From positions 39,168 to 103,167 of the forward strand of contig CAYGJS010000003.1 in NCBI GenBank assembly GCA_964350435.1: a DNA stretch of 64,000 nt, written 5' to 3'. The translations under genes and the position numbers were made by a program. Under the pieces are notes generated by a model. The model did no database searches, was not told the origin of the DNA, and was given only the letters and a program-made list of their open reading frames with translations. The stretch comes from an uncultured Micavibrio sp. Lineage in GTDB: Bacteria; Pseudomonadota; Alphaproteobacteria; Micavibrionales; Micavibrionaceae. How positions within the stretch are numbered: the stretch's first letter is position 1; every line of letters begins with the position of its first letter. Of this stretch, positions 40,724 to 50,956 are shown piece by piece.

Positions 40724-41920
40724 ATGAAATTATTGTATGTTCACGACAATATTTACTTTAGTACCGAGCTGGGTGATGTTTATTCGCAGGGGCAATTTCC
40801 GTATTCTTATTTTGAACCTTTCATGAGTGCGTTTGATAAGGTTGTGGTTGTTGGGCGGCGCAGACCTCTTGACCGGAATCTGGATCTTCGTAAACTTAAT
40901 GTCAGTAGCGGGGAGGGTCTTGAATTCGAACTTTTGGCCGATGTGAACTCGCCGCAGAATCTCGTTCGTAATTATAAACGTGTGAATGCTGATCTTAAGG
41001 TTTTGGTTGCGGAGGCCGACGCGGTTGTTATTCGGGCGGTGAGCGATCTGGGATGGATTGCGTATCAGCATGCAAGGGCTATGGGCAAGCCTTTGGCAAT
41101 GGAAATGGCGGCGTGCGCGTGGGATAGCACGTGGAATCACGGGCATCATTATGGCAAAATTTATGCGCCTGTGCGGCATTTGCGCGATAGGGCTATTACG
41201 CGAAATGCGGATTTTACGCTCTATGTAAGTCAGTCTTTTTTGCAAACGCGATATCCGACAAACGGGCGGGCGGCTGTGGCGTCAAATGTGCGATTGCGCG
41301 CGCCTGATCCCGAGATGCTGCGTAAGCGTCTGGCGCGGATTGATGCGGCGGAGCATGACGAGATTTCTTTTGTGGGTCTGATTGGCACTGTTGGGCACAA
41401 GCTCAAAGGAATTCATGTGGCTTTGAAGGCTCTTGCTGCGATTGAGCGGCGCAATTCAGGGCGGTTTATATTTCGCGTTCTGGGGCCGGGAAATCCTGAG
41501 CCATATCGAGCGATGGCTGAAAAGCTCGGGATTGGGCACTGCGTTTTTTTTGATGGGGTCGTGCAGACTGGGCCTGAGGTTTTTTCATGGCTTGAGAATG
41601 TTGATGTCTATATACAGCCAAGTTTTCAAGAGGGTGTGCCGCGTGCCACTATAGAGGCAATGAGCATGGCTTGCCCTGTGGTGGCGTCGACGGCCGGGGG
41701 TATTCCAGAGCTTATTCCTGAAGAGTGGCTGCATCGCCCGGGCGATGCGAAGCGACTTGAGGAGGCTTTGGAGAAAATGCTCGCCAGCCGCATTCATCAA
41801 AAAGAGGCAGCAAGGGCAAATTTTAAACGCGCGCAGGATTATACTTCGGATATCCTTATGCCTGTGCGGCAAGCGTTCTGGCGTGATTTTGCGGCTTTTG
41901 CGGGAGGGCAGCGTGGCTAA
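40724..41920 (+). CDS. glycosyltransferase family 4 (GT-B fold)
   Basis: 398 aa. C-terminal EGVPRATIEAMSMACPVVASTAGGIPE, the E-X7-E region typical of GT4. Confidence 0.8.
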   Translation: MKLLYVHDNIYFSTELGDVYSQGQFPYSYFEPFMSAFDKVVVVGRRRPLDRNLDLRKLNVSSGEGLEFELLADVNSPQNLVRNYKRVNADLKVLVAEADAVVIRAVSDLGWIAYQHARAMGKPLAMEMAACAWDSTWNHGHHYGKIYAPVRHLRDRAITRNADFTLYVSQSFLQTRYPTNGRAAVASNVRLRAPDPEMLRKRLARIDAAEHDEISFVGLIGTVGHKLKGIHVALKALAAIERRNSGRFIFRVLGPGNPEPYRAMAEKLGIGHCVFFDGVVQTGPEVFSWLENVDVYIQPSFQEGVPRATIEAMSMACPVVASTAGGIPELIPEEWLHRPGDAKRLEEALEKMLASRIHQKEAARANFKRAQDYTSDILMPVRQAFWRDFAAFAGGQRG

Positions 41921-42659
41921 GAAAATTGTTTATCATCACATTCCGAAATGTGGGGGCATGTCTATTGCCGCAGGGATTGGCGTTTCTTACTTTCCACTGC
42001 AGGTGCTTCGTTTCGGGGGTAAGCGGTTCCCTGGCCATTTGAATGCGCGGGCGGCGAGTGGTGCTTGTGAAGCGCTCGGTTTGGATCGTTATAGCTTTCG
42101 GCGGCAGTTGCTTGAATATTACCTGTTGAGCGACAAGAGTCCGTATATTTTTGGTCATTATCCTTTTTCAAGGTCGGCCTATGATCGCCATAAAGACGAG
42201 TGGGCGTTTGTGATCTTGTTTAGAGATCCGGTTAAGCGTTGGTATTCCGAGTATTTCTGGAACAGATATAAGGACCATGATTATGCGAAGACGGAACTGG
42301 ATATGGAGGCGTATCTTGAATCGGAGCAGGGGAAGGCGGATACGAGGTCTTTTTTAAACTTTTTGGTTGAGGCCGAGGACTCGGCGGCTTTGGCGAGTGA
42401 TGTTGAGGTTAAACAAGCTTTAGAGAATTTGGCGTGTTTTGATGTTTTGGGGACGCTCGAAGATTTGTGTCAATTTAAAGATAGCTTGAAAAAGCGTTTT
42501 GGATATGCGCCTTTTATTCCAAGGCGGAATAAAAGCCCTGCTCCTAAGCAGGCATTTGTTAAGGCGGAGCCAGGGTCCGCATTTGATCTTAAGCTTAGGC
42601 AATTTTTAGAAGCCGATATCGAAATATATCAAGCGGCTTTGAAAATTATAAACACCTGA
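41913..42659 (+). CDS. sulfotransferase family protein
   Basis: The GTG at 41913 overlaps the upstream stop (GTGGCTAA). 5'-PSB-like HIPKCGGMSI and 3'-PB-like RDPVKRWYSEY motifs. The longer track ORF from 41745 is an overlap artifact. Confidence 0.7.
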   Translation: MAKKIVYHHIPKCGGMSIAAGIGVSYFPLQVLRFGGKRFPGHLNARAASGACEALGLDRYSFRRQLLEYYLLSDKSPYIFGHYPFSRSAYDRHKDEWAFVILFRDPVKRWYSEYFWNRYKDHDYAKTELDMEAYLESEQGKADTRSFLNFLVEAEDSAALASDVEVKQALENLACFDVLGTLEDLCQFKDSLKKRFGYAPFIPRRNKSPAPKQAFVKAEPGSAFDLKLRQFLEADIEIYQAALKIINT

Positions 42660-42783
42660 TTCAGCTTATTTTATATATACATACAATTTTATCTAATCTT
42701 AAAAAGATATCAATGTTTTAGCGATATCCTATTTGGAGAGGTTAGGAATTTACAAAATAAAAAATATTTAGGGGTTGGGGCAT

Positions 42784-45648
42784 ATGACGACTGAATCTTC
42801 AATGACATTGGTTGAATCAAATGGATGTGGCTGCGCGGCCTGTCAGAGCGGCGTTGAATCAGCACCCATATTTAATGGCAATATTGTCACCGACCCCAAT
42901 TCAGAAGCCCCCACAACTTATGGCACTACGCAGCAGATGGTCGATCAGCTGGTTTCCGGATATTGGTCTAATGGAACGCCGGGAACGCCGACGCGGCAAT
43001 GGGTGCAAGATACGGTCACTTTCAGTTTTGGCGGTGGTCATACTGCGGCGGAGATGAATAGCTTCCGTATGGCGTTCGGTCTTTGGTCCGATGTTGCGGA
43101 TATTTCGTTTCAGGAGGTCGGCAGCGGCGGCAATATTAATATTCTGGAAGGTGTAAATGGAAGTGCCTTCGCTTCTTCGCCTTATTATTCGGGTTCGGGG
43201 AATATAGACTCAAGCACCATTCGTATTGATACGGATACGGCTAGCTGGAGTGATTTGACGACGATTGGTAAATACGGCGTTCAAACGGTTATCCATGAAA
43301 TCGGCCATGCGCTCGGGCTTGGGCATCAGGGGAATTACAATGGGTCTGTGAATTATGATGACCCGAACCAGGTCGCGTTTTTGAATGATAACCGTCAATA
43401 TTCGGTGATGTCCTATAACAACGCGGACAAATTGGGGACGGATCATTTTAACGCCAGCGGTGTATGGGAATATGCGGCGACGCCGATGCTTTATGACATC
43501 ATGGCTTTGCAGCAGATTTACGGCGTGAATAATTCTACGCGCTCGGGTAATACGACTTATGGATTTAATTCTACGGCGGATCGGGCGCAGTTTAATCTGG
43601 CTCTACATGATGCGCCGTTTGCGATCTGGGATGGCGGCGGTATCGATACGCTGGATCTTTCCGGATATTCGCAGAACCAGACTATTACTCTGGTTGAAGG
43701 GGCGTTTACGAGCGCCGGATATATGACGAATAACATCGTGATTGCCTATGGCGCGGTGATTGAAAATGCTATCGGCGGATCTGGAAATGACAGCATTTAC
43801 GGCAATACCGCGAATAACGTGCTTACGGGCAATAATGGTCATGACATTATTTTTGCCTCAACAGGCAGTGATACGTTGGATGGCGGGCAGGGTACGGATA
43901 CGGCGAATTACACAAATTATAATTTGGCAGATTTTGTTTTTGACTTTGTTAATGCGACGACGATAACGCTTACGCATTTGGTTGATAACTTTACTGATAC
44001 GCTTCTTAATTTTGAAAATTTTATATTCGGGGGCACGACTTATGATTATGCCAGTTTGCAGGCAAATGCCGGAGAGATTGATGGCATATTTACGCGTTTC
44101 AACTGGGCGGGGGGCGGTAAGTATTTTTTTACGTCTGAGAGCTTGGGTGCGGATATAATCACTGCTGAGCAGATGGGTTATAACGGCACAACCGGTAATG
44201 TGACTACGCTTACACGTACGGCGACAACTTATACTGTGAACGTTACTAACAGTGCAGGTCCGGGTGAGGTTGTGCTTATCGGAACGGATGGTAATGATCA
44301 CATTATTGTTACAGGTACACATAATAATCTGAGTGCCAAAATTTATGGCGGAGATGGAAATGATACAATCGCGATCGGCCAAACTGTCGGGAATGACATT
44401 CTTTACGGCGAGGCTGGAGATGATGTCCTTAGCGGTGCAGCCGGGGCGGATACGCTTCATGGTGGTGCCGGGGCGGATACATTGAATGGCGGAGATGGCA
44501 GTGACTACCTTAAGGGCGATGGCGAGAATGATACGCTGAGAGGGGATGCCGGGGATGATACACTTTATGGCGGCGATGGAGATGATATTGCTTATGGCGG
44601 CAATGACAATGACAAGATTTATGGCGATGCCGGTAATGATAGCCTGTACGGGCAGGCGGGCGTTGATGTTATTCGCGGTGGGGTTGGTGATGATCTTATC
44701 AGTGGAGGCTCGGATGGCGATTTGATCTATGGTGAAGACAATAATGACACGATTTATGGTGATGGCGGCGCAGATTATATCTATGGCGGCGCAGGTACTG
44801 ATGTTGTCTATGGTGGCACCGAGAATGACTGGATTTATGGTGATGCGGGGGCGGATACTTTAAATGGTGATGACGGCAATGATGTCATTTACGGCGGTGA
44901 GGGTGATGATATCATGAATGGCGGCAATGGTGCGGATGCTATGTATGGTAATAATAACGACGACACCATGAATGGCGGCGCCGGTAGAGACTGGCTTTAC
45001 GGCGGTGACGGTGCAGACACTATGAGCGGTGGCATTGATGGCGATAACCTTTACGGCGGTGACGGTGATGATATCATGAATGGTGACGGAGGCGGCGATG
45101 TTTTGCATGGTCAAAATGGCAACGACACGATTAACGGTGGTGATGGCAACGACCTTATTCAAGGTTTTGCGGACAATGATACGTTGAACGGTGATGATGG
45201 AAATGATTATATCTATGGCGGTGACGGTGTAGATCGCTTGAACGGTGGGGATGGCATTGATCGTCTTTGGGGCGGGGCTAATGACGATATTCTCGTTGGC
45301 GGTAATAATGTTGATATTTTGTACGGCGAGGGCGGAAACGATGTCTTTGGCTTCATTTCAACCGATGCAAAAGACGAAGTACGCGACTTCACCATGGGTG
45401 AGGATTCACTGAATATCACCGATATTCTGAGTGGTTATACGCACGGCCTTTCGGATATTAATGATTTTGTTGTTTTCGGCGTTGTGAATGCTGGTAAAGC
45501 GAATATGTGGGTTGATGTTGATGGTGCTGGCAGTGGAGCCGGGTGGGTTAATGTTGCTACTATTCAGGGGGCCAATTTTACAGGCCAGAGTGCCAGCGAT
45601 TTGCTAGCGGATGGTACGTTGGTTGCGAATATGTCGCTTTTATCTTAG
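42784..45648 (+). CDS. serralysin-family (M10B) zinc metalloprotease with an extended RTX calcium-binding repeat region and a type I secretion C-terminal target domain
   Basis: HEIGHALGLGH (nt 43294-43326) plus the Met-turn SVMSY. Dozens of GGxGxDxUx nonapeptides. The C-terminus resembles T1SS target domains (DFTMGEDSLNITDIL...). Confidence 0.9.
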   Translation: MTTESSMTLVESNGCGCAACQSGVESAPIFNGNIVTDPNSEAPTTYGTTQQMVDQLVSGYWSNGTPGTPTRQWVQDTVTFSFGGGHTAAEMNSFRMAFGLWSDVADISFQEVGSGGNINILEGVNGSAFASSPYYSGSGNIDSSTIRIDTDTASWSDLTTIGKYGVQTVIHEIGHALGLGHQGNYNGSVNYDDPNQVAFLNDNRQYSVMSYNNADKLGTDHFNASGVWEYAATPMLYDIMALQQIYGVNNSTRSGNTTYGFNSTADRAQFNLALHDAPFAIWDGGGIDTLDLSGYSQNQTITLVEGAFTSAGYMTNNIVIAYGAVIENAIGGSGNDSIYGNTANNVLTGNNGHDIIFASTGSDTLDGGQGTDTANYTNYNLADFVFDFVNATTITLTHLVDNFTDTLLNFENFIFGGTTYDYASLQANAGEIDGIFTRFNWAGGGKYFFTSESLGADIITAEQMGYNGTTGNVTTLTRTATTYTVNVTNSAGPGEVVLIGTDGNDHIIVTGTHNNLSAKIYGGDGNDTIAIGQTVGNDILYGEAGDDVLSGAAGADTLHGGAGADTLNGGDGSDYLKGDGENDTLRGDAGDDTLYGGDGDDIAYGGNDNDKIYGDAGNDSLYGQAGVDVIRGGVGDDLISGGSDGDLIYGEDNNDTIYGDGGADYIYGGAGTDVVYGGTENDWIYGDAGADTLNGDDGNDVIYGGEGDDIMNGGNGADAMYGNNNDDTMNGGAGRDWLYGGDGADTMSGGIDGDNLYGGDGDDIMNGDGGGDVLHGQNGNDTINGGDGNDLIQGFADNDTLNGDDGNDYIYGGDGVDRLNGGDGIDRLWGGANDDILVGGNNVDILYGEGGNDVFGFISTDAKDEVRDFTMGEDSLNITDILSGYTHGLSDINDFVVFGVVNAGKANMWVDVDGAGSGAGWVNVATIQGANFTGQSASDLLADGTLVANMSLLS
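44338..45350 (+). repeat. tandem RTX nonapeptide-encoding repeats (main block of the metalloprotease gene)
   Basis: Iterated GGDGNDT / GGAGADT / GDDGNDxIYGG coding units. Boundaries are approximate. Confidence 0.85.
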
Positions 45649-45711
45649 AATCAAGCGTTATATTTTCTGCGCTTTAATACAATTTTAAACAAAAACTGGG
45701 TATTATACAAT

Positions 45712-47706
45712 ATGGTAAATTCTTCTTATATGCAGATCTATCAACAAGACGCCGCGGATTCATCGTTATTAGAAGATGAGTATTCTAGCTCCAACCTTGT
45801 TTTTGAACATCATTTTACAGAATCTGTTGTTTTTCCTCATCTTTCAGAGCGTCATAGCTTGACAGCCGATGAGGTGAATATCCTGATTCCTAAGGACCCT
45901 GATTTGGATATTGGATATTCGACGACGGCGCATATTCGTATAGTGGAATCAGGCGCGGGGTATAATAATACGCTCGGGGCTTACACTGTGCAGGCGGATG
46001 GAACTATCACGGCTGTCGAGATTGCCTATAACAATGTAAAAGTTCCTCTTCAATATCAAAAAAAGATTGATCGCATTGATAAGAAGATCGAAAAGATTGA
46101 ACGGCAGATTGATAAACACCCTGATAAGGCTGATAAATACGAAGATAGGTTAGAGGTATATCAAGCACAAAAAGATAAAATTTTGAGCAAGCTTGACCCT
46201 ACGTTTGAGTATGAGATTAAGGGTGACGCCGATGTCGAACTTGGGTTCTTTATTATATCTAACGGCGATAGAATTAATAAGGGGTATGGCGGATTAAATG
46301 GTGGTGAGCTTCGTTTTGTATATGGCCTTGGCGGTGATAATGAACGTTTGGCAAAGGTTACAGATAATGCGGCTAATGTGTCATTGATTTATGTTGTTGG
46401 CGATAACATTACGGTGCTTCAAGGAGATGTTTATCATGCGACGGATAGCAATGACTCAAAGGCGTTAAACCCGGATGGGCAAATCCATGCGATAGCGGGG
46501 CTGGCGGATGCTGATAATGATTCAGTGTTAAGGATTGGTTTTGAGGATCTTAAAAATCTCGGTGATGCGGATTTCAATGATGTTGTGTTTGATGTCAGTA
46601 TAGAAACTGTGACGTTTGACGGGCGCATTATTCATGCTGGAAACGCCAATGACGTTGTTTATGGGTCTGATGGTGCGGATACTATTTTTGGCGGCCAGGG
46701 CGCGGATATTATTTACGGCGGTGCGGGCGATGATACATTGCTGCGCGGTGATATGGGGCGCGATACGATTTATGGCGAAGATGGTGATGACCTGATTCAT
46801 GGAAATGATGGTGATGACACTTTGTATGGCGGTAATGGGAACGATATCATTTATGGTCAGGACGGTGCGGATACGTTGTATGGCGATGCCGGCGACGACT
46901 ATTTGTACGGTCATGCTGATAATGACTCTATTTCCGGCGGTGATGGTAATGATTTTATTGATGGCGGCGACGGGGATGATGCTCTTATTGGCGGTGAAGG
47001 CGTGGATTCTATTTTTGGCGGGGAGGGCGCGGATCTGCTTTCCGGCGGTGAAGGCGATGATATTTTGAACGGCGGTGCGGGTATTGATACGGTTACATAT
47101 TCCACTGCGAGTGCGGGTGTGAATGTTCAGCTTGCATCGAGTACGGCGATGGATGGAGATGGCGGTGTTGATACGCTGATTGCTATTGAAAATATACGTG
47201 GTTCGAATTTTGATGATTTGATTGGTGGCGGTCTGGGAGATAATATTCTTCAGGGTTTGTTCGGTAATGATACGATGCAGGGCGGAGCAGGGAATGATGA
47301 GCTTTATGGTGGCGCAGGCTCTGACATTCTATATGGTGGTGCGGGCGATGATTTGCTGCTTGGTGGGGCTGATGCGGATACTCTTTTTGGGGGTGCGGGG
47401 GTTGATACTTTCGGTTTTACCAATCTTAGTAATGGTTTGGATTTGATTACAGATTTTACCCGTGGTGGTGTAGAGGGTGATGTTTTGAATATCTCAGATA
47501 TTATCAGCGGTCTTAATCTTGGTGGCGGCGATATTGATGATAGTGTGGTTTTGGGCGTTGTAAATTCAAACAAAGCCAATCTTTGGATCAATGACGGTGC
47601 TGCATGGACGCAAGTTGCGGTTATCCAAGGTGCTGATTTCTCCGGTGCTAAAGCTTCAGATTTGATATTTGAAGGTACTTTGGTTATAGATCAAAATTTG
47701 ATATAA
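45712..47706 (+). CDS. RTX calcium-binding protein with a DUF4114-like domain and a type I secretion C-terminal target domain
   Basis: 664 aa. IGFEDLKNLGDADFNDVVFDV (DUF4114-like), two RTX blocks, and a C-terminal domain paralogous to that of the upstream metalloprotease (DFTRGGVEGDVLNISDII...VAVIQGADFSG). Confidence 0.8.
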   Translation: MVNSSYMQIYQQDAADSSLLEDEYSSSNLVFEHHFTESVVFPHLSERHSLTADEVNILIPKDPDLDIGYSTTAHIRIVESGAGYNNTLGAYTVQADGTITAVEIAYNNVKVPLQYQKKIDRIDKKIEKIERQIDKHPDKADKYEDRLEVYQAQKDKILSKLDPTFEYEIKGDADVELGFFIISNGDRINKGYGGLNGGELRFVYGLGGDNERLAKVTDNAANVSLIYVVGDNITVLQGDVYHATDSNDSKALNPDGQIHAIAGLADADNDSVLRIGFEDLKNLGDADFNDVVFDVSIETVTFDGRIIHAGNANDVVYGSDGADTIFGGQGADIIYGGAGDDTLLRGDMGRDTIYGEDGDDLIHGNDGDDTLYGGNGNDIIYGQDGADTLYGDAGDDYLYGHADNDSISGGDGNDFIDGGDGDDALIGGEGVDSIFGGEGADLLSGGEGDDILNGGAGIDTVTYSTASAGVNVQLASSTAMDGDGGVDTLIAIENIRGSNFDDLIGGGLGDNILQGLFGNDTMQGGAGNDELYGGAGSDILYGGAGDDLLLGGADADTLFGGAGVDTFGFTNLSNGLDLITDFTRGGVEGDVLNISDIISGLNLGGGDIDDSVVLGVVNSNKANLWINDGAAWTQVAVIQGADFSGAKASDLIFEGTLVIDQNLI

Positions 47707-47851
47707 ATACATTTCTATCCGCGATCATCGTTTCTTCAGCGTTTGCGCCTGTGTTAGAATTTAGAGTCGGCACACAAATCGCCAGTTTTTCAGGTGCGGT
47801 TAATGTTGCGGATTCTGATACATTATTGGCGAATGATCATTTGATAATTGT

Positions 47852-48694
47852 TTAGCTTTTGTAACCTAAGGCACACCAATATGGTGCGCCTTCTCGAAAT
47901 TCAATATCTGTAAATCCGGCATTTTCCATCATTGTTTTTATTTGTGCCTTTGAAAAACGTTGTTCTAAAGGGGTGCCGAAACGGTCTCTTGAATTATTTC
48001 TCATGCGATTAAATGTTGCGTGCCGGAAATCCGATAGGGGCCAGTGGTGGACGTTTATTCCCAGTTTTTCACCCAGCCATGAAATTTTTGCCAATGGCCA
48101 ATATATGATTGCAGCCAATATTTCTGTAATAATGAAGCGTGGGCCTGAGGGCAGCTTATAAATAGTTTTGCGTGTGACGTCGCTGGCCTTCCATATAGCT
48201 TGAAACCAGGGGGGTCTGTTATCGAAATTGTAATATATATACGCGAGGAAAGGTGCGCCGCTTTTTAATGGTGCAGCGCAGGCGGCAAAGGCTGCTGCTG
48301 TATCTGGGACATGCATTAAAACGCCGTAAGCATAACCGAAATCGTATGTTTGGGGTTTTAGGGAGAGGTTCCCGACGCTTTCATTTTTGAAGTCGCAGTT
48401 TGAAAAGGTCGCCAGATTTTTTTTTGCAATTTCTATGGCAGAGGCACTTACATCTACGCAGGTTAATGCGCCGACTTTCGGTGCTATAAACTTTGCATAA
48501 CGGCCTCGACCGCATCCTATTTCAAATCCCTTGCTTTGATTGTTGATGATTTCCCATGGAAATATGGAGAAAAAACGATCAAAGAGAAATTTGTTTTCTT
48601 CGTCGCTTTCATGCCGCTTTTCAAATCGTATCCATTGATCGCTGAAAGCGTCTACGGTTTGTGTGTCTGCGTTTTTGTGTTTGATTTGTGCCAT
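47852..48694 (-). CDS. class I SAM-dependent methyltransferase
   Basis: 280 aa with motif I FEIGCGRGRYAKF. Confidence 0.78.
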   Translation of the reverse strand: MAQIKHKNADTQTVDAFSDQWIRFEKRHESDEENKFLFDRFFSIFPWEIINNQSKGFEIGCGRGRYAKFIAPKVGALTCVDVSASAIEIAKKNLATFSNCDFKNESVGNLSLKPQTYDFGYAYGVLMHVPDTAAAFAACAAPLKSGAPFLAYIYYNFDNRPPWFQAIWKASDVTRKTIYKLPSGPRFIITEILAAIIYWPLAKISWLGEKLGINVHHWPLSDFRHATFNRMRNNSRDRFGTPLEQRFSKAQIKTMMENAGFTDIEFREGAPYWCALGYKS

Positions 48695-48711
48695 AGTTTG
48701 ATTTCTCTCAT

Positions 48712-49998
48712 TTACTTTTCAGAGGTGAATTTTATCCATTGTGTGTGGGTAAGGGTTTTGAAAATAAATAAGGGGATCACGTACATAATATAGCTAATGA
48801 AAATGGTGTTTTGAATCCCTGTGGGGGTGAGCCAGACCAGAAGGAGGGTAAGCATAATTATAATTGAAAAGGGATCGTTGCGATTTCCGCCGTATGCTTT
48901 TTCCATGGCCTGGAGAAGAAGCCCCGTTAAAGCACCGCCGGCAAAAATGCCGATCCAGCCAAAATTTCCGTACCATTGATTATATCCAAATACCGGCCAT
49001 GCGCCTTGCGCTTCTGATGAAATGCTTTTTTTAAAGCGGCCACCGGCTGTGATTTCCTCGGGCTTTCCTGCCCATAGTGAGCGTGGAACAACGCCCAATA
49101 AACCAATATAGAAGTCTTCAGCCAAATCTGTTTTGTGGACGGTATCAAGGGAGCCGTTATAAAGAATTGTTAAGTCCATAACATCAAAGCCGAGGCCGCC
49201 ATAGGTGTATTCAAAAAAGTTGTTGCTTCCGCCTTTGACAAGCGTTACGCGTCCGATTTGTAGCAATACGGCCAGGGATATAATCAGGATTGCGGGAACG
49301 ATGAGTTTGGCGAGCGGCTTGGTTGTGCTGACGATGGTGTAGGCGATTGCGCCAAAAGCGATCGGATAGATGACGTAGTTTTTTCCGCCCATAACCATTC
49401 CGGTCATGAGGTTTATAATCACGAAAAGTAAGACCAGCTTTATGAGGCCGGAGACATGTCTTCCTTCTCTTTTTTGTTGAATAAGATAAATAAGAAAGGC
49501 GACGCTGAGCAGGCCTCCGAAGCGAATAAACTGGGTAACAAAGGTAAGGCCGGCGTAGAATTTCCCATGCCGCACCAAATCGATTGCACCAATAAAGCTT
49601 CCGGTTTGGGTGATGGGGATGGCGGCGACGCCGAGCCCCATAATTGTTAGCACGAGGATGCCGATGAGGAGGAGTAGGTTGGATTTAGGGTAATTATAGC
49701 TGGGGAATAGTGACTTTCCCAATCCGCTTTTTTCAAAAACTTTATAGCCAAATATGGTGCTGAATATAAATCCGAGAAACAAGACACCTTGCAGTAGGAG
49801 GGCGTTCGGGAAATTTATGAGATCCAGATAGCTATTGTCTTTATGCACGCCGAACATATAAAAAAATGCGGCGGGCACGTGAAAATACGCGGCAAACAAT
49901 ACAAAGCTAAAGGGTGCATCGAAGCTTTTTTTGGAGAGCATAACCAAAAACATACCCAGGCCAATTATGACACTCAGAAAGAGTAGGATGGCTTCCAT
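48712..49998 (-). CDS. polytopic membrane protein, O-antigen/oligosaccharide repeat-unit polymerase (Wzy)-like
   Basis: 428 aa with about 10+ hydrophobic segments. AT-rich. Sits among wzx and glycosyltransferase genes. The assignment rests on context and topology only. Confidence 0.45.
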   Translation of the reverse strand: MEAILLFLSVIIGLGMFLVMLSKKSFDAPFSFVLFAAYFHVPAAFFYMFGVHKDNSYLDLINFPNALLLQGVLFLGFIFSTIFGYKVFEKSGLGKSLFPSYNYPKSNLLLLIGILVLTIMGLGVAAIPITQTGSFIGAIDLVRHGKFYAGLTFVTQFIRFGGLLSVAFLIYLIQQKREGRHVSGLIKLVLLFVIINLMTGMVMGGKNYVIYPIAFGAIAYTIVSTTKPLAKLIVPAILIISLAVLLQIGRVTLVKGGSNNFFEYTYGGLGFDVMDLTILYNGSLDTVHKTDLAEDFYIGLLGVVPRSLWAGKPEEITAGGRFKKSISSEAQGAWPVFGYNQWYGNFGWIGIFAGGALTGLLLQAMEKAYGGNRNDPFSIIIMLTLLLVWLTPTGIQNTIFISYIMYVIPLFIFKTLTHTQWIKFTSEK

Positions 49999-50074
49999 TT
50001 ACTTTTATCCTTTGGATGTTAGCACTTCAAAAGAGGCTTTAAACAATTTACTGTACTATATCTGTTATTTCACA

Positions 50075-50956
50075 ATGGTAAATCCCATGAAAACCCTAAT
50101 TCGAAATGTGTTGAGATTTGTTGCGGCTGTAAAACCGCTGCGCGCGCTGCTGCGCGTTATATATAGGGCAGGGTTTTTGCCTGTGAAACTTATTCGGCGT
50201 CTGCCTGTGGAAGATATTATTTCTGTTCCGATTAATGGTAGGGAGACGTTTTTGTATTATTCTTCATATGGAGATCAAATCGGACGTTCTCTTTATTGGG
50301 AAGGGGCAGGAGGATTTGAACCAGAAACATTTAAGTTTTTTGATGGGCTTATTCGGCAATCTTCCGTGTTTGCGGATGTGGGCGCGAATACTGGTCATTT
50401 TGCATTATATGCGTGTGCGGTCAATCCTCGGGTTAAGGTTCGTGCGTTTGAACCGGTGCCGCGGACTTTCTTACGTTTAAAAGAAAATGTTGAGTTAAAT
50501 GGTTGGACTGAACGGTGCGACGTTTATAACAAGGCTGTAGGTGGGGTGAGCGGCCATGTACAATTCCACATTCCTTTTGATGAACTTCCAACCTCTGCCA
50601 GTTTACATTCAAGAGGGTTTAATGAGATTCCAGGGGAGTTGGTTGAGACTGAGGTTGTGTGCCTTGATAGTTTTTATTCTGCGGATGTTCCTCTTGATCT
50701 TCTTAAAATTGATGTCGAGGGGTTTGAGCATAATGTTCTTGAAGGGTTGAAGGGGTTTTTTGATTCGGGTTTTCGTCCGAAGATTATTCTTGAGTGCAAT
50801 CTTGGCGGGCCGGAAGACGAGTTGAACGCGCTCTTGAAGCCGCTTGGGTATCATTTTTATAATTTGTTGGAAGCCGGTCCGGTTCGGGCGGATCTTATCC
50901 ATGCTCATCCTGAGCATGCATTTCGTAATTGGGCGGTTTTACCTGACGCGTTATGA
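50075..50956 (+). CDS. FkbM family methyltransferase
   Basis: ADVGANTGHFALYA...AFEPVPRTFLRLKENV...KIDVEGFEHNVLEG. The track ORF from 49931 would overlap the divergent Wzy-like gene start. Confidence 0.8.
   Translation: MVNPMKTLIRNVLRFVAAVKPLRALLRVIYRAGFLPVKLIRRLPVEDIISVPINGRETFLYYSSYGDQIGRSLYWEGAGGFEPETFKFFDGLIRQSSVFADVGANTGHFALYACAVNPRVKVRAFEPVPRTFLRLKENVELNGWTERCDVYNKAVGGVSGHVQFHIPFDELPTSASLHSRGFNEIPGELVETEVVCLDSFYSADVPLDLLKIDVEGFEHNVLEGLKGFFDSGFRPKIILECNLGGPEDELNALLKPLGYHFYNLLEAGPVRADLIHAHPEHAFRNWAVLPDAL

Noticed and set aside
44338-47410. Highly periodic DNA repeats that could be mistaken for CRISPR or satellite arrays.
   Set aside because: The period is 27 nt, in frame, and encodes GGxGxDxUx RTX nonapeptides inside long ORFs. 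There is no repeat-spacer structure and there are no cas genes.
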